From: Chrysemys picta bellii
Taxonomy: Eukaryota
Direction of reading: 5' to 3'
Length of the DNA stretch: 64,000 nt
Assembly (NCBI RefSeq): GCF_011386835.1
Contig: NC_088810.1
Coordinates: forward strand, 24,180,001-24,244,000
Part shown: positions 47,501-60,300 of the stretch, piece by piece
Numbering within the stretch: position 1 is the first letter of the stretch
Layout: each line of letters begins with the position of its first letter
Program-made: the position numbers and the translations under genes
The notes under the pieces: model-generated
The model's input: the letters and a program-made list of their open reading frames with translations, nothing else
Databases searched by the model: none
Told to the model about the DNA's origin: nothing

Positions 47501-50500
47501 CGGGGCTGGCGCCCTCACTTGCCTGAGGCCCAGGAAATTGTTTCACCATCTCAGGGGCAACTCCCCGGCTTGGGACGGGAGCTGCCAGCTCCGCAGGGGG
47601 GGACCTGCAGCCCCAGCGACGCTGCCCCCAGCCCGCACAGCCCCTTGGCTGGGGCCAAAGCCTCTGCCCGAGGATCACTAACGCTCTCGCCCTCAGGGGC
47701 CAGAGCTGGCCCCAGGTCTGATGGAGATGCCGGGTACGGTGCCCCCCCAGGCTCTGGGCTCTGCACACACTCACCCAGCCCTGGGGGGCAGGGGAGCACT
47801 CACAGGGACTTGCCCAAGGCAGCCCAGCAGGTCACGTGACAGAGGCACAGCAAGAACCCAGGCGTCCTGGACACCACTGGGTGACCTGCCCCCACCCGCA
47901 TCCCCAGCCAGCCCTCCCGCCCCCTCCCCATCTGACCCATGGGGGAGGAACGAGCCTTCCATGCCTGGTGACAAAGCAACCAGACTGACTCCCTGAGTGG
48001 AGTCGCCTGCATCATGGGGCGCAGGGTCTGGGGCAGTGCCCTCCACGGGGGCAGGGCACACGCATGTACACGCACACACACAAGCCTGTGCCTTGGGACG
48101 CAGGGTCCGGGACAGTGCCCTCCACGGGGGCAGGGCACACGCACGAACACACACACACACGCCTGTGCCTTGGGGCTCAGGGTCCAGGGCACTGCTCTCC
48201 ACGGGGGCAGGGCACACGCATGTACACACACACACGCCTGTGCCAAGTGCTCAGAGGTGCAGGGGGCAGGGCACTAGTGAACAGGATGCCTGCGAGCAGT
48301 GCGGGGGGGAGGCAAAGCTCACTAGTGAGTGTGCCTCAGTCCCCATTAACCACTGAACCAGGCCTGGGCCATCCCAGGGGCTCTGAGCGCCGACCGAGCA
48401 CCCTGTCAAGTGAATACCCAGGAGGAGGCGCCGCCGCCCCCCCCCCCGGCCTCGCCTGCCCACCCCTTGCTGCTCTGTACGCAGAGCTGCCTGGGGCTGG
48501 GCAGAGACCAGACCGATGGACAGACGGGGGGTTCTCCAGCAGGATCAGGGGGTCCAGGTTGGCATTCGATCCGAGGACCAACTGCTCTCCGGGCGTCCAC
48601 AGGAACCAGGCGCCTCACGATCATCAGTGGCTTTGCGGGGCATGACTCTGCCAGCGCAGGAGAACAGGGCCGTATGGAACAAGACATCGTCCTGTTGGCC
48701 GTGGGTGGTGCCTGCCCATAATACACCCCAAACCGCTGCCATGGGGGACCCAGCTGCTCGGTTCAGACTGTGGCTGGCCCAGGCAGGGCCCAGCTCGCAC
48801 TCTGTCTCTGCAGCACCTGGCCCCACAGTCAAAATACCCCAAGCACCACAACCAGCGTTTCCCGGGACGCCTGGCAGAGGGGCAGCACCGCACGACCCCT
48901 GACCTGGCCCGTGGGCACTGGGGATTTGTAGGGGGCAATTCTTTAACTCCAGGGGAAAACATGAATTTAAAGCAAGAAGAAATGGAGTTTGCTGCTACAC
49001 AAACGAGCCAGAAACTACCTAGAAATAGCGACCCCGAACAGAAAACAGGAAGAGTGCCGGCCGTGCACGCTCCCCGTGTCCGCGTGTCTGTCTGTACCTG
49101 GGCCGTGCGGGACTGGCCCACGTCCGCATGTCTGTCTGTACCTGGGCCGTGCGGGACTGGCCCGCGTCCGCGTGTCTGTCTGTACCTGGGCCGTGCGGGG
49201 CTGGCCCGCGTCCGCGTGTCTGTCTGTACCTGGGCCGTGCGGGGCTGGCCCGCGTCCGCGTGTCTGTCTGTCCCTGGGCCGTGCGGGGCTGGCCCGCGTC
49301 CGCGTGTCTGTCTGTCCCTGGGCCGTGCGGGGCTGGCCCGCGTCCGCGTGTCTGTCTGTCCCTGGGCCGTGCGGGGCTGGCCCGCGTCCGCGTGTCTGTC
49401 TGTCCCTGGGCCGTGCGGGGCTGGCCCGCGTCCGCGTGTCTGTCTGTCCCTGGGCCGTGCGGGGCTGGCCCGCGTCCGCGTGTCTGTCTGTCCCTGGGCC
49501 GTGCGGGACTGGCCCGCGTCCGCGTGTCTGTCTGTACCTGGGCCGTGCGGGACTGGCCCGCGTGTCTGTCTGTACCTGGGCCGTGCGGGACTGGCCCGCG
49601 TCCGCGTGTCTGTCTGTACCTGGGCCGTGCGGGGCTGGCCCGCGTCCGCGTGTCTGTCTGTACCTGGGCCGTGCGGGGCTGGCCCGTGTCCGCGTGTCTG
49701 TCTGGGTTTCGTGGGGGACCGGGGGGGCACTCACCCATGGTGGAGATGTAGGTGCTGGTGAAGTTGGGGGTTCCCGGGGGGGTTCCCCAGGCAGAGGGGC
49801 CGGGGAGGTTTCGGGGGGAGTCCGGGGGGGCACTCACCGATGGTGGAGATGTAGGTGCTGGTGAAGTTGGGGGTTCCCGGGGGGTTCTCCAGGCAGAGGG
49901 GCCGGGGAGGTTCGGGGGACCCGGGGGGGCACTCACCGATGGTGGAGATGTAGGTGCTGGTGAAGTTGGGGGTTCCCGGGGGGTTCCCCAGGCAGAGGGG
50001 CCGGGGAGGGGCCGGGGGGGCACTCACCGATGGTGGAGATGTAGGTGCTGGTGAAGTTGGGGGTTCCCGGAGGGGTTCCCCAGGCAGAGGGGCTGGGGGG
50101 GCACTCACCGATGGTGGAGATGTAGGTGCTGGTGAAGTTGGGGGTTCCCGGGGGGTTCTCCAGGCAGAGGGGCCGGGGGGTTTCGGGGGACCCGGGGGGG
50201 CACTCACCGATGGTGGAGATGTAGGTGCTGGTGAAGTTGGGGGTTCCCGGGGGGTTCCCCAGGCAGAGGGGCCGGGGAGGGTCCGGGGGGGCACTCACCG
50301 ATGGTGGAGATGTAGGTGCTGGTGAAGTTGGGGGTTCCCGGAGGGGTTCCCCAGGCAGAGGGGCTGGGGGGGCACTCACCGATGGTGGAGATGTAGGTGC
50401 TGGTGAAGTTGGGGGTTCCCGGGGGGTTCTCCAGGCAGAGGGGCCGGGGGGTTTCGGGGGACCCGGGGGGGCACTCACCGATGGTGGAGATGTAGGTGCT

Positions 50501-51340
50501 GGTGAAGTTGGGGGTTCCCGGAGGGGTTCCCCAGGCAGAGGGGCTGGGGGGGCACTCACCGATGGTGGAGATGTAGGTGCTGGTGAAGTTGGGGGTTCCC
50601 GGGGGGGTTGCCCAGGCAGAGGGGCTGGGGGGTTTCGGGGGGGGCCGGGGGGGCACTCACCGATGGTGGAGATGTAGGTGCTGGTGAAGTTGGGGGTTCC
50701 CGGGGGGGTTCCCCAGGCAGAGGGGCCGGGGGGGGTCCGGGGGGGGCACTCACCGATGGTGGAGATGTAGGTGCTGGTGAAGTTGGGGGTTCCCGGAGGG
50801 GTTCCCCAGGCAGAGGGGCTGGGGGGGCACTCACCGATGGTGGAGATGTAGGTGCTGGTGAAGTTGGGGGTTCCCGGGGGGTTCCCCAGGCAGAGGGACC
50901 GGGGGAGGTTTCGGGGGGCCCGGGGGGGCACTCACCGATGGTGGAGATGTAGGTGCTGGTGAAGTTGGGGGTTCCCGGGGGGTTCCCCAGGCAGAGGGGC
51001 CGGGGAGGTTTCGGGGGGGCACTCACCGAAGGTGGAGATGTAGGTGCTGGTGAAGTTAGGGGTTCCCAGGGATTCCCCAGGCAGAGGGGCCGGGGAGGTT
51101 TCGGGGGGCCCGGGGGGGCACTCACCGATGGTGGAGATGTAGGTGCTGGTGAAGTTGGGGGTTCCCGGGGGGTTCCCCAGGCAGAGGGGCCGGGGGGGTT
51201 CCGGGGGGGCACTCACCGATGGTGGAGATGTAGGTGCTGGTGAAGTTGTCCTCGGCGAAGCGGATGATCAGGCAGGTCTTGCCCACCCCGCTGTCCCCGA
51301 TCAGCAGCAGTTTGAAGAGGTGATCGTAGGACTTGGCCAT
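41519..51340 (-). CDS. RAB13: Ras-related protein Rab-13, 201 aa; complement(join(41519..41593,42333..42383,42877..42942,43248..43337,44834..44911,45326..45386,45823..45883,51217..51340))
   Basis: [81 protein letters not shown] and CaaX CAVV. Exon sizes 124/61/61/78/90/66/51/75; synteny between JTB and RPS27. Confidence 0.96.
41739..41757 (+). promoter_or_regulatory. CTCF-like motif in RAB13 intron 7
   Basis: GGGCACTAGGGGGCGCTGT closely matches the CTCF core CCACTAGGGGGCGCT. Confidence 0.5.
41945..42165. repeat. 68-bp tandem repeat x~3.3 (CCCCAGAGGTGGCTGCATCTCAGCACCAGACGAGGGATCCCTGTAGAACCAGT) in RAB13 intron 7
   Basis: Near-identical copies; the core is the reverse complement of the dispersed motif CACTGAAATGCAGCTACCTCTGGGG at ~28320. 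Confidence 0.9.
43495..44735. repeat. C-rich minisatellite (CCCCTCACTCCCGACCCGCAGCCCCCTGCCCCCATCCGCCTCCG, ~37-50 bp units) filling RAB13 intron 4
   Basis: Tandem array directly visible; source of the 539-aa repetitive ORF. Confidence 0.96.
48020..48270. repeat. ~78-bp tandem repeat x3 (CAGTGCCCTCCACGGGGGCAGGGCACACGCA...) in RAB13 intron 1
   Basis: Copies near 48034, 48113 and 48188. Confidence 0.85.
49076..49704. repeat. 44-bp CpG-rich minisatellite (~14 copies, CTGGGCCGTGCGGGGCTGGCCCGCGTCCGCGTGTCTGTCTGTAC) in RAB13 intron 1
   Basis: 44-nt period (e.g. 49141 and 49185). Confidence 0.96.
49705..51248 (-). repeat. Exon/intron-junction tandem array: 16 extra copies of the RAB13 exon-1 3' end plus 5' splice site
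   Basis: Each 81-103 bp unit reads (- strand) ...CAACTTCACCAGCACCTACATCTCCACCATCG|GTGAGTGCCCCCC. Exon-end G at 51217 (native), 51126, 51027, 50936, 50835, 50754, 50661, 50560, 50479, 50380, 50299, 50208, 50109, 50028, 49937, 49838 and 49735. Confidence 0.97.
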
Positions 51341-51589
51341 GGCCCGGGCCGGGCCGCTCGGCTCCTGGGCAAAACTTTCCTGCAGCCGGGAAGCGCCAAG
51401 GGGCGGTGCCGGCTCCGCCCCCGCCTGCGCCCGGTGGGTGGGGGAAGCCCCGACCCCTCCTCCTGCCGGGCCGGGGAGAACCGGCTCTTGGGCAGGGGGG
51501 GCGGGGAGCCCGGCAGGGAGGGGTTAACCCCGGGGGCTGGCTCCGCTCCAGCACAGGGGTCAATGGTCTCCAATTTGTCTGCAGAAGCC

Positions 51590-52420
51590 CCCAGCTGGGC
51601 TGGCAGGGGTTGCAGGTCGGGAGTGAGGGGCACCGGCTGAACTGGGGTGGGGGGAGCCCAGGGCTGGGGATTGAGGGGCACCGGCAGAGCTGGGGTGGGG
51701 GGAGCCCAGGGTTGGGGATTGAGGGGCACCGGTAGAGCTGGGGAGTGGGGAGCCCAGGGCTGGGGATTGAAGGGCACCGGCAGAGCTGGGGTCGGGGGAG
51801 CCCAGTGTTGGGGATTGAGGGGCACCGGTAGAGCTGGGGAGTGGGGAGCCCAGGGCTGGGGATTGAGGGGCACTGGCAGAGTTGGGGGTGGGGAGCCCAG
51901 GGCTGGGCTAGCAGGGGGCTGGGGATTGAGGGTCACCAGCTGAACTGGGGTGGAGGGAGCCCAGGGCTGGGGATTGAGGGGCACCGGCAGAGCTGGGGTG
52001 GAGGGAGCCCAGGGCTGGGGATTGAGGGGCACCGGCAGAGCTGGGGTGGGAGGAGCCCAGGGCTGGGGATTGAGGGGCACCGGCAGAGCTGGGGTGGGGG
52101 GAGCCCAGGGCTGGGGAGTGAGGGGCACCGGCAGAGCTGGGGTGGGGGGAGCCCAGGGCTGGGGAGTGAGGGGCACCGGCAGAGCTGGGGAGGGGGGAGC
52201 CCAGGGCTGGGGAGTGAGGGGCACCGGCAGAGCTGGGGAGGGGGGAGCCCAGGGCTGGGGAGTGAGGGGCACCGGCAGAGCTGGGGGTGGGGGGAGCCCA
52301 GGGCTGGGGAGTGAGGGGCACTGGCAGAGCTGGGGAGTGGGGAGCCCAGGGCTGGGCTAGCAGGGGGCTGGGGATTGAGGGGCGCCAGCAGAGCTGGAGG
52401 GGAGACCCCAGGGCTGGGCT
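51590..52420. repeat. 48-bp G-rich minisatellite (GGGAGCCCAGGGCTGGGGATTGAGGGGCACCGGCAGAGCTGGGGTG) just upstream of RAB13
   Basis: 48-nt period (51961, 52009, 52057); related to the intron-4 array. Confidence 0.93.
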
Positions 52421-54029
52421 ATGTTTGAGCTGAGCTCGGTTTTCTTTGGAATTCCTGCTGAACAAAGTGAGGTGTGGGGCAGGTTTACTGAAGCTGTTTT
52501 GTCTAACTCTTAGCAGGGCGGGTCCCATACCAGGGGAGGGTCAGTCCTACCCTCTCCCTCTTCACACACCAGATGCTTTTCTCCTTCACTTTCTCTTGCC
52601 CTAGGTCTGGGAGCCCCTCAGGCAGAACAATACTGATGATGGGATCCAGTTCCTCTCCCCACGCTGCTCTGCAGTGGGCAAGCAGGAGCCCTTCAGTCAC
52701 TGCGGGTCAGGACTCAGGATTGCGATGTGTGGAGCCCGGGACTGGATGAGCAGCAGGGACGGGCTATGGGTGGAGACTGAGGGGCCTCTCAGGGCTGTGT
52801 TAACTTGCAGGGAGCCCAAGCCTGAAGTAGCAGAGGGGCTGTGGGACTGAGGGACACTGGCAGAGCTGAGCGGGGACTCAGGGCTAGGATCGCAGCAGGG
52901 GGCTGCAGGTCAGGAGTGAGGGGCACCAGCTGAGCTGGCAGTGGCAGGGGTAGTAGAAACTGCGTATCAGGACTGAGGGGCATTGGCAGAGCTGTGGGGG
53001 GCCCATTGTGCTGCAGACATGCTCCAAAAACTTCCTGATATGAATTCATGGTGTGACCAGCGTCCCTGGGTCACCATCGTGGTTTGCTGACACCACATAA
53101 ATCCTAATCCTGCAGCTCATCCCTTTATCTGTGTCATCAGAAAGATCCTGGGCAAAACTTTCCTGCAGCCGGGAAGCGCCACGGGGTGAATTTTTCTCCC
53201 AGGATGTGCAGGAAGGAAGTGGCAGAAAGGCCTCTGTGCATTCCAGCTGGGCAACAAGCGCCACTCTGCCCTCCAGTGACCAAACCACAGGACACCTCGC
53301 TCTTGGCCCGCTGCTGTTCCCTCTCTGCCCTGTTGTTTGCTAACCTCTTTGAGGCGGAAGTCCAGGTTCCAAGGGGAGCAAGAAATCCAGATGTGCGGGG
53401 CCCACACCTCGTGCCCGTGGCCCCGCAGGCTTCCAGCCGCAGAGGAGCCCCTCACTGGACCTGCCCCGTGCTGCTGGAGATTAGAGAACGGGGCCTTCGA
53501 GGCCTTTTCTAGAGTTCTCGCAGACTCACCCAACTGCCCTGCCCGGTCTCGGACTCACCCCGCTGACGGGGGCACTGGTAAGCTCCTCCCACATCCACAC
53601 TTGCATCGATGACGGTCACTTCCGCGTGGGAAGACCCCAAAGCCGCGTGCGGCCTGGCTGCACGGGGGCGACGTGGCAGCCAGCGCCTAGGACGGGACGC
53701 GACGGAGGAGCCGGTCTCCGGTCAAGGCCACAGCAGGAGTTTGGGGGGGTGACAGCAATTAACGCATTTCGGGCCCATCAGTCTTTGCGGGGCATGTTCC
53801 CAGCAGCCCGGCACGCTATGATGTCATCATCCCTCCAATGACATCACCCAGTGCTGAGACGCATCAGCGTCTCGTTGTGTCACCTCCTCCCATCACCATG
53901 GCACCCACGGTGATGTCATGTGGGTCTGTGGGGTGGGCGGGACTGCGGAGCGCGACCAATCCGGGGGCACCTCAGCAGCATGGGGCTTGTAGGGAGGGAT
54001 CTCAGGGCTCATCCCATGGGCCTGGGTCC

Positions 54030-54388
54030 CCAGGGACCTTCCCAAGATGGCGTCATTTCCCGCTTCCCCAGCCCCTGGGCGAAAGACTGACCCTCTTAAC
54101 ATGGCCGCTACTTCCGCCTACATTATTTCTTCTGGCTGAAGGCAAAGACCTTTTCAATATGGCGGCGCTTCCGGTAGTCGGAGCGCTTTGTTGGCCTGAA
54201 CGACCTTCTCAAAATGGCGACACCGCCCAACTCTCTTTGCGCATTGGGTGGCAGATTCGACCTTTCCAATATGGCAGCGGAGCCGTGCCAAGCGCTCACT
54301 TCCGCCCGTGTGGGGAACCCCGGAGCGGATATAGCGGCCCCGGTTTCCGGTCTAACTCCTTTTCGGCCGCGGCTGTCTCCACGCGAAC
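54030..54388 (+). promoter_or_regulatory. RPS27 promoter and 5'TOP: five YY1-like composite motifs, ETS/GABP CTTCCG sites, TATA-like GATATAG (54328), polypyrimidine start CTCCTTTTC (54357)
   Basis: Motifs seen directly; TCT/TOP start, YY1 and GABP sites are established features of ribosomal-protein promoters. Confidence 0.85.
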
Positions 54389-56397
<2,009 letters not shown>

Positions 56398-56592
56398 ACG
56401 AAAGTGTCTGAGATGGGTGGGACTACCTGCGCAGTTGGCAGCACAAATACAGATGGTTCAAGAGCATGGGATTCAGCCACGGAGCAACATTAAGTGTCAA
56501 GATGTGAACAGAAGGCTTTAAAGACGTCTCTAGAATGTGAGGGGAGAACATGACTTTCATACTGTCCCTGTAGCCTCACCCATCTGACTGTC

Positions 56593-56598
56593 AATAAA
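56593..56598 (+). terminator. RPS27 polyadenylation signal AATAAA
   Basis: First AATAAA after the stop codon. Confidence 0.7.
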
Positions 56599-57305
56599 TT
56601 TTGGATAAAATACAGCTTAGTCTGTTGCTTAACTTGATACTCGCATAGTGCTCTTTTGGGTGTTATGAACAAAACTGTTCAACAGGAGTGAACACACACA
56701 TAGCAACAGGTGCTATGACGAGACTCAGCAGGGAAAGAATATGGATATGCAGTGAGCCCCTGTTCACCCTGGAGGGAAACTAGTTATTCTCTCATCCCTC
56801 CCTCTCCTGAGACGTCAGCATAATCTGACCACTCTTAAAATGGAAGGTTCAACCACTGGGAATCCTGACTTTGCCCTGCTGACAGCACAGGCTTTTGCAA
56901 ATGACTCCCAAATATTCCTCAAACCACAGTAAAGTACCTTGTTACCCTCTGTGCTCTGACCTGATACTCTGCCTCTGCAGGCCGGCACAAGAAGCCTGCA
57001 GTATCATACATTACTGGCCTGAAAAAGGTTTAAAAGTCAAACTGCTGGGTGGCTTCTGGACTTTATTCTGGCCCAAATCATGAGGGAGTTTTCTTGTTGC
57101 AGGATCTACCACACTGATCATTTAAAGTAGAATGGCACAAACTCTATTGTGTCTTTAGCAACATGATAGTGGGGCACCTGTCTGGTACCCATCAGTGTGG
57201 CCTGAAGAGTCTAGAGTCAGTCTGTTCTCCTAGAGAACCAGGAAGGTGCTGTGACTTCCAGTTACAGGAGTTGGAACTACACCTAACATCACGCTTCACT
57301 AGACA

Positions 57306-57311
57306 TTTATT
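57306..57311 (-). terminator. NUP210L polyadenylation signal AATAAA
   Basis: TTTATT on the + strand, 23 nt after the stop codon. Confidence 0.6.
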
Positions 57312-57333
57312 GTTGTACAAATAGGTACTTCTT

Positions 57334-60300
57334 TCAAACATGCCTTCTCCGTACGCTCCAAAGCCATAGCTGTGTTCTGTTTCTTCCATTGTGTTGTTGA
57401 GTACCAACAGGAGGATATGAATACCCTAAGTGTGGGGGGAGAAAAGTTAGTCAGAAATACCAGACTGCTTGGATATCCCTAGGACACAGGAACAAAAAGG
57501 ACAGGGTTTTACTTAGACAGCTGCTGCCATCTAACCTTGCAATTTATAGAAAACAGTTCCTAAAACTTCAAGCCCTTTCCTGTACCTGAGACAAGGTGGG
57601 GGAGATATCTTTTATTGGATCAACTTCTGTTCTTGTCACCAACAAAAGATTACCTCCCCCATCTTCTCTCCATATCCTAGGACTAACACAGCTACAACAA
57701 CAGTACCTGATCTCTGCTAGGGGAATTCAAATTCGCTTTTCCAGGTTGGCTATTCTGCCTCCAGTGAAGTGAGTTTGGGAAAGAGCAAACAGGGTGAGAG
57801 GATGTCGTATCTTAAGCAAGTGATGTTTGCTACTGACCTTTGTATACAGCTGTTCCAACAAATTATATACAGTTCATTACACAAGTTTCAAAAAGAATCC
57901 CAGCTTACCTGTCTGAGGTGTAGCTGAGGTAGGAACATATACAATAGGTACAGTCTGTACTCTGGTCAGAAAGGCATTGTATGCTGCAAAAATAACAGCA
58001 GTGGAACAGGTATGAAGGTATAGTCTCATTGTGCTAAAGGTTTGTGTACACAGTTAACAGCAGTTTAAGGTGTGATTTAAACCAACACAAAGCTGCATGG
58101 CCATTTTGAAGTCATAAGGATTATACAAGGAACTAAAGCCACTATTCCTGAATGAGATTCTAATTTCTGTGTTGACATTACACTTATTGATTTGCTTTAA
58201 CTCTGAGTGTTCTACAGAGAGATGTGCTGTTTAGCTTGTCAATTAGTATGGGTTTAAGACAGTGCATTAAGCCATGCAAACATAAGCATGAGTTTTTCCA
58301 CAAGTTTAATTAAACCAATGCAACTTTGTCTAAAGGCCAAACTGGCAAATAAGATATTCCCACAGCTTGTGTGGGTCAAAACCCTATTACGAGTCTTCTC
58401 CCTACCATTTATGCAGGTGTGTGAAGGGGGAAGAGAATGTGCATTTTGGCACTGTTGGGAAAATCTGATAAATCAGAATTGTGAGGCACAGAGTACCAAA
58501 ATCAACAGGTGAAACTGACAAATGTTACTATTTAGATACCATCGTAAGTGTAAATAAACATCTATTAAAGGTTAAATCAGTAGTGCTTAAAAGGTACCCC
58601 TGTTGGAGCCAATAATCTTCTCTATCCAATAGTGACAGGGCAAGTTTCCACCACACTGCCCTTTGCCAATATACCTCGGCCCTGCTCCAGAATGAACATG
58701 TCTAGAGAAGAGAGGAATTTGGCTCCTCCATGGAGGGAAGCAAATTCTTTAGGAACTGGACTCATTTCATGTAGGCCACCGCACCTGCTCCTAACTTGGT
58801 TTATTTCAGGTTTAGAGTAGAAGCATCAAGCTTTAGCAGTGAAAGGCTCCATGTATATCCCAGTGCAAAGAACCCACATTGCTTTTTTTCCCTTAAAGTT
58901 TACCTAAGGTGATTTTTCATACCAGGATGACAGTTTAATATGACCAATAGGGGCCTGGCACTGCCAATGTGTACAACATGTCCCAGTCAGCCTGTTATCC
59001 TTCAGAGGCAGATTCACTAAGTTACACCACATTTATTATGGGTGGTGGGTTTTTCCCTCCTCCTGAGATTTTATAAACTGAGGGCCTGTCTGCTTTATAT
59101 GGTCATTAAAGATGGTAGGGTACTTACCTATATATCTATCTTTCTTACTGGCCCAAATGCCCTTTCCTCATTGGTGGATACTAGTTGGTGTCTACATGAA
59201 AGGTGGCTGCATCCCTGTCCAGTAGTATGTATACAGGTTCTTGAAAGGCATTACAGAAATAGGACAGACACCAGGATGATCTTTTGGGGGTTAAACCTTT
59301 GTGTGCTAGATGTATTCTATTTCAGGACATGGTCTGAAATGTGGTTGGTTGTGGTGGGTACAGGTTTGTTTTGTTTTTTTTAATCCAGGGGCTTGTAATT
59401 TTCAAACACACTCAAAAGAGTATTGCACTCTTCAAAATATACACAAAGTGTAACATCCACATGCTTGTATCCAACAACTGAATGAACACACAGGGAAAGC
59501 TGCCTGTTTACCTGCAACCCTCTCTGTTTTCACTTACTGAGAAAGATTACAGCTGTCGCTGCTAGAACAGCAAAGAGGGTGAAGAGAAGGATCTGGTAAG
59601 AGCCCATAAGCTGTTGGACAATTCCTGCTTCACTGCACGGACCTAACATTTTCCAGAAAAAGGAGGTAAGATTTAGTCTTGCGTGTAGGCAGACTCCTCA
59701 TTTCTGTAATAAATGACACTGTGGAGACATGCATCAAACCACTCTGCAGCTTTGTTGCAAGAACTAACTGAAAAGAAATATGACCTAAGCAGTTTCAAAA
59801 TCATTAACCCTTTCCATGGGAATTTGGTGCTGGAGCCTTAAGGAATGAAGTTCTCTCCCTAGACCAGCTGCAGCACAAACAGGTGCAGTGAAAGTTTCCT
59901 GGCTCAGGCCCCGTCAAAGTGCCTCACTAGAACTTGGAGGGACCCACCCCATGGACTAAGGGCAATTCAGTCTCCCGATTCTATCGGAGACTCCCCTCTG
60001 TTCACTAGGACATAGACCCAGACCACCAACTCATGTCATGTAGACTACTAACTACAATCAGATGGAAACCGCTTTGCATCATTCTTAACCTGCAGCTCCC
60101 TACAATGCCTCTTTCCACCCGCATCAAGTTCAGCTGTTCACACCTAGGGAGTAAGCCTCTTCCTTGTGATCCCAGAGTCTTCACTGTGAAATGAACAAAC
60201 GAGGGCCCCCTCGTTATGGAGTTAGCATTCAGAAGGACCAATGCTGGGTGGTGTTGGGTACTTAACTTCCACTAAGGTCAATGAGAGTTAAGATACCACA

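Noticed and set aside
49933-50931. ORFs with repeated [11 protein letters not shown] as extra Rab genes
   Set aside because: Only 32 nt of exon 1 is copied per unit; no P-loop or start codon, so these are not gene duplicates.
49705-51248. CRISPR-like appearance (constant ~40-bp repeat with variable spacers)
   Set aside because: Vertebrate DNA; the spacers are related to each other, the constant part is RAB13 exon/donor sequence, and there are no cas genes.
58625-58705. Apparent minus-strand exon (MFILEQGRGILAKG...) in a NUP210L intron
   Set aside because: Ends in a stop, has no donor, and the flanking NUP210L exons already join in phase.
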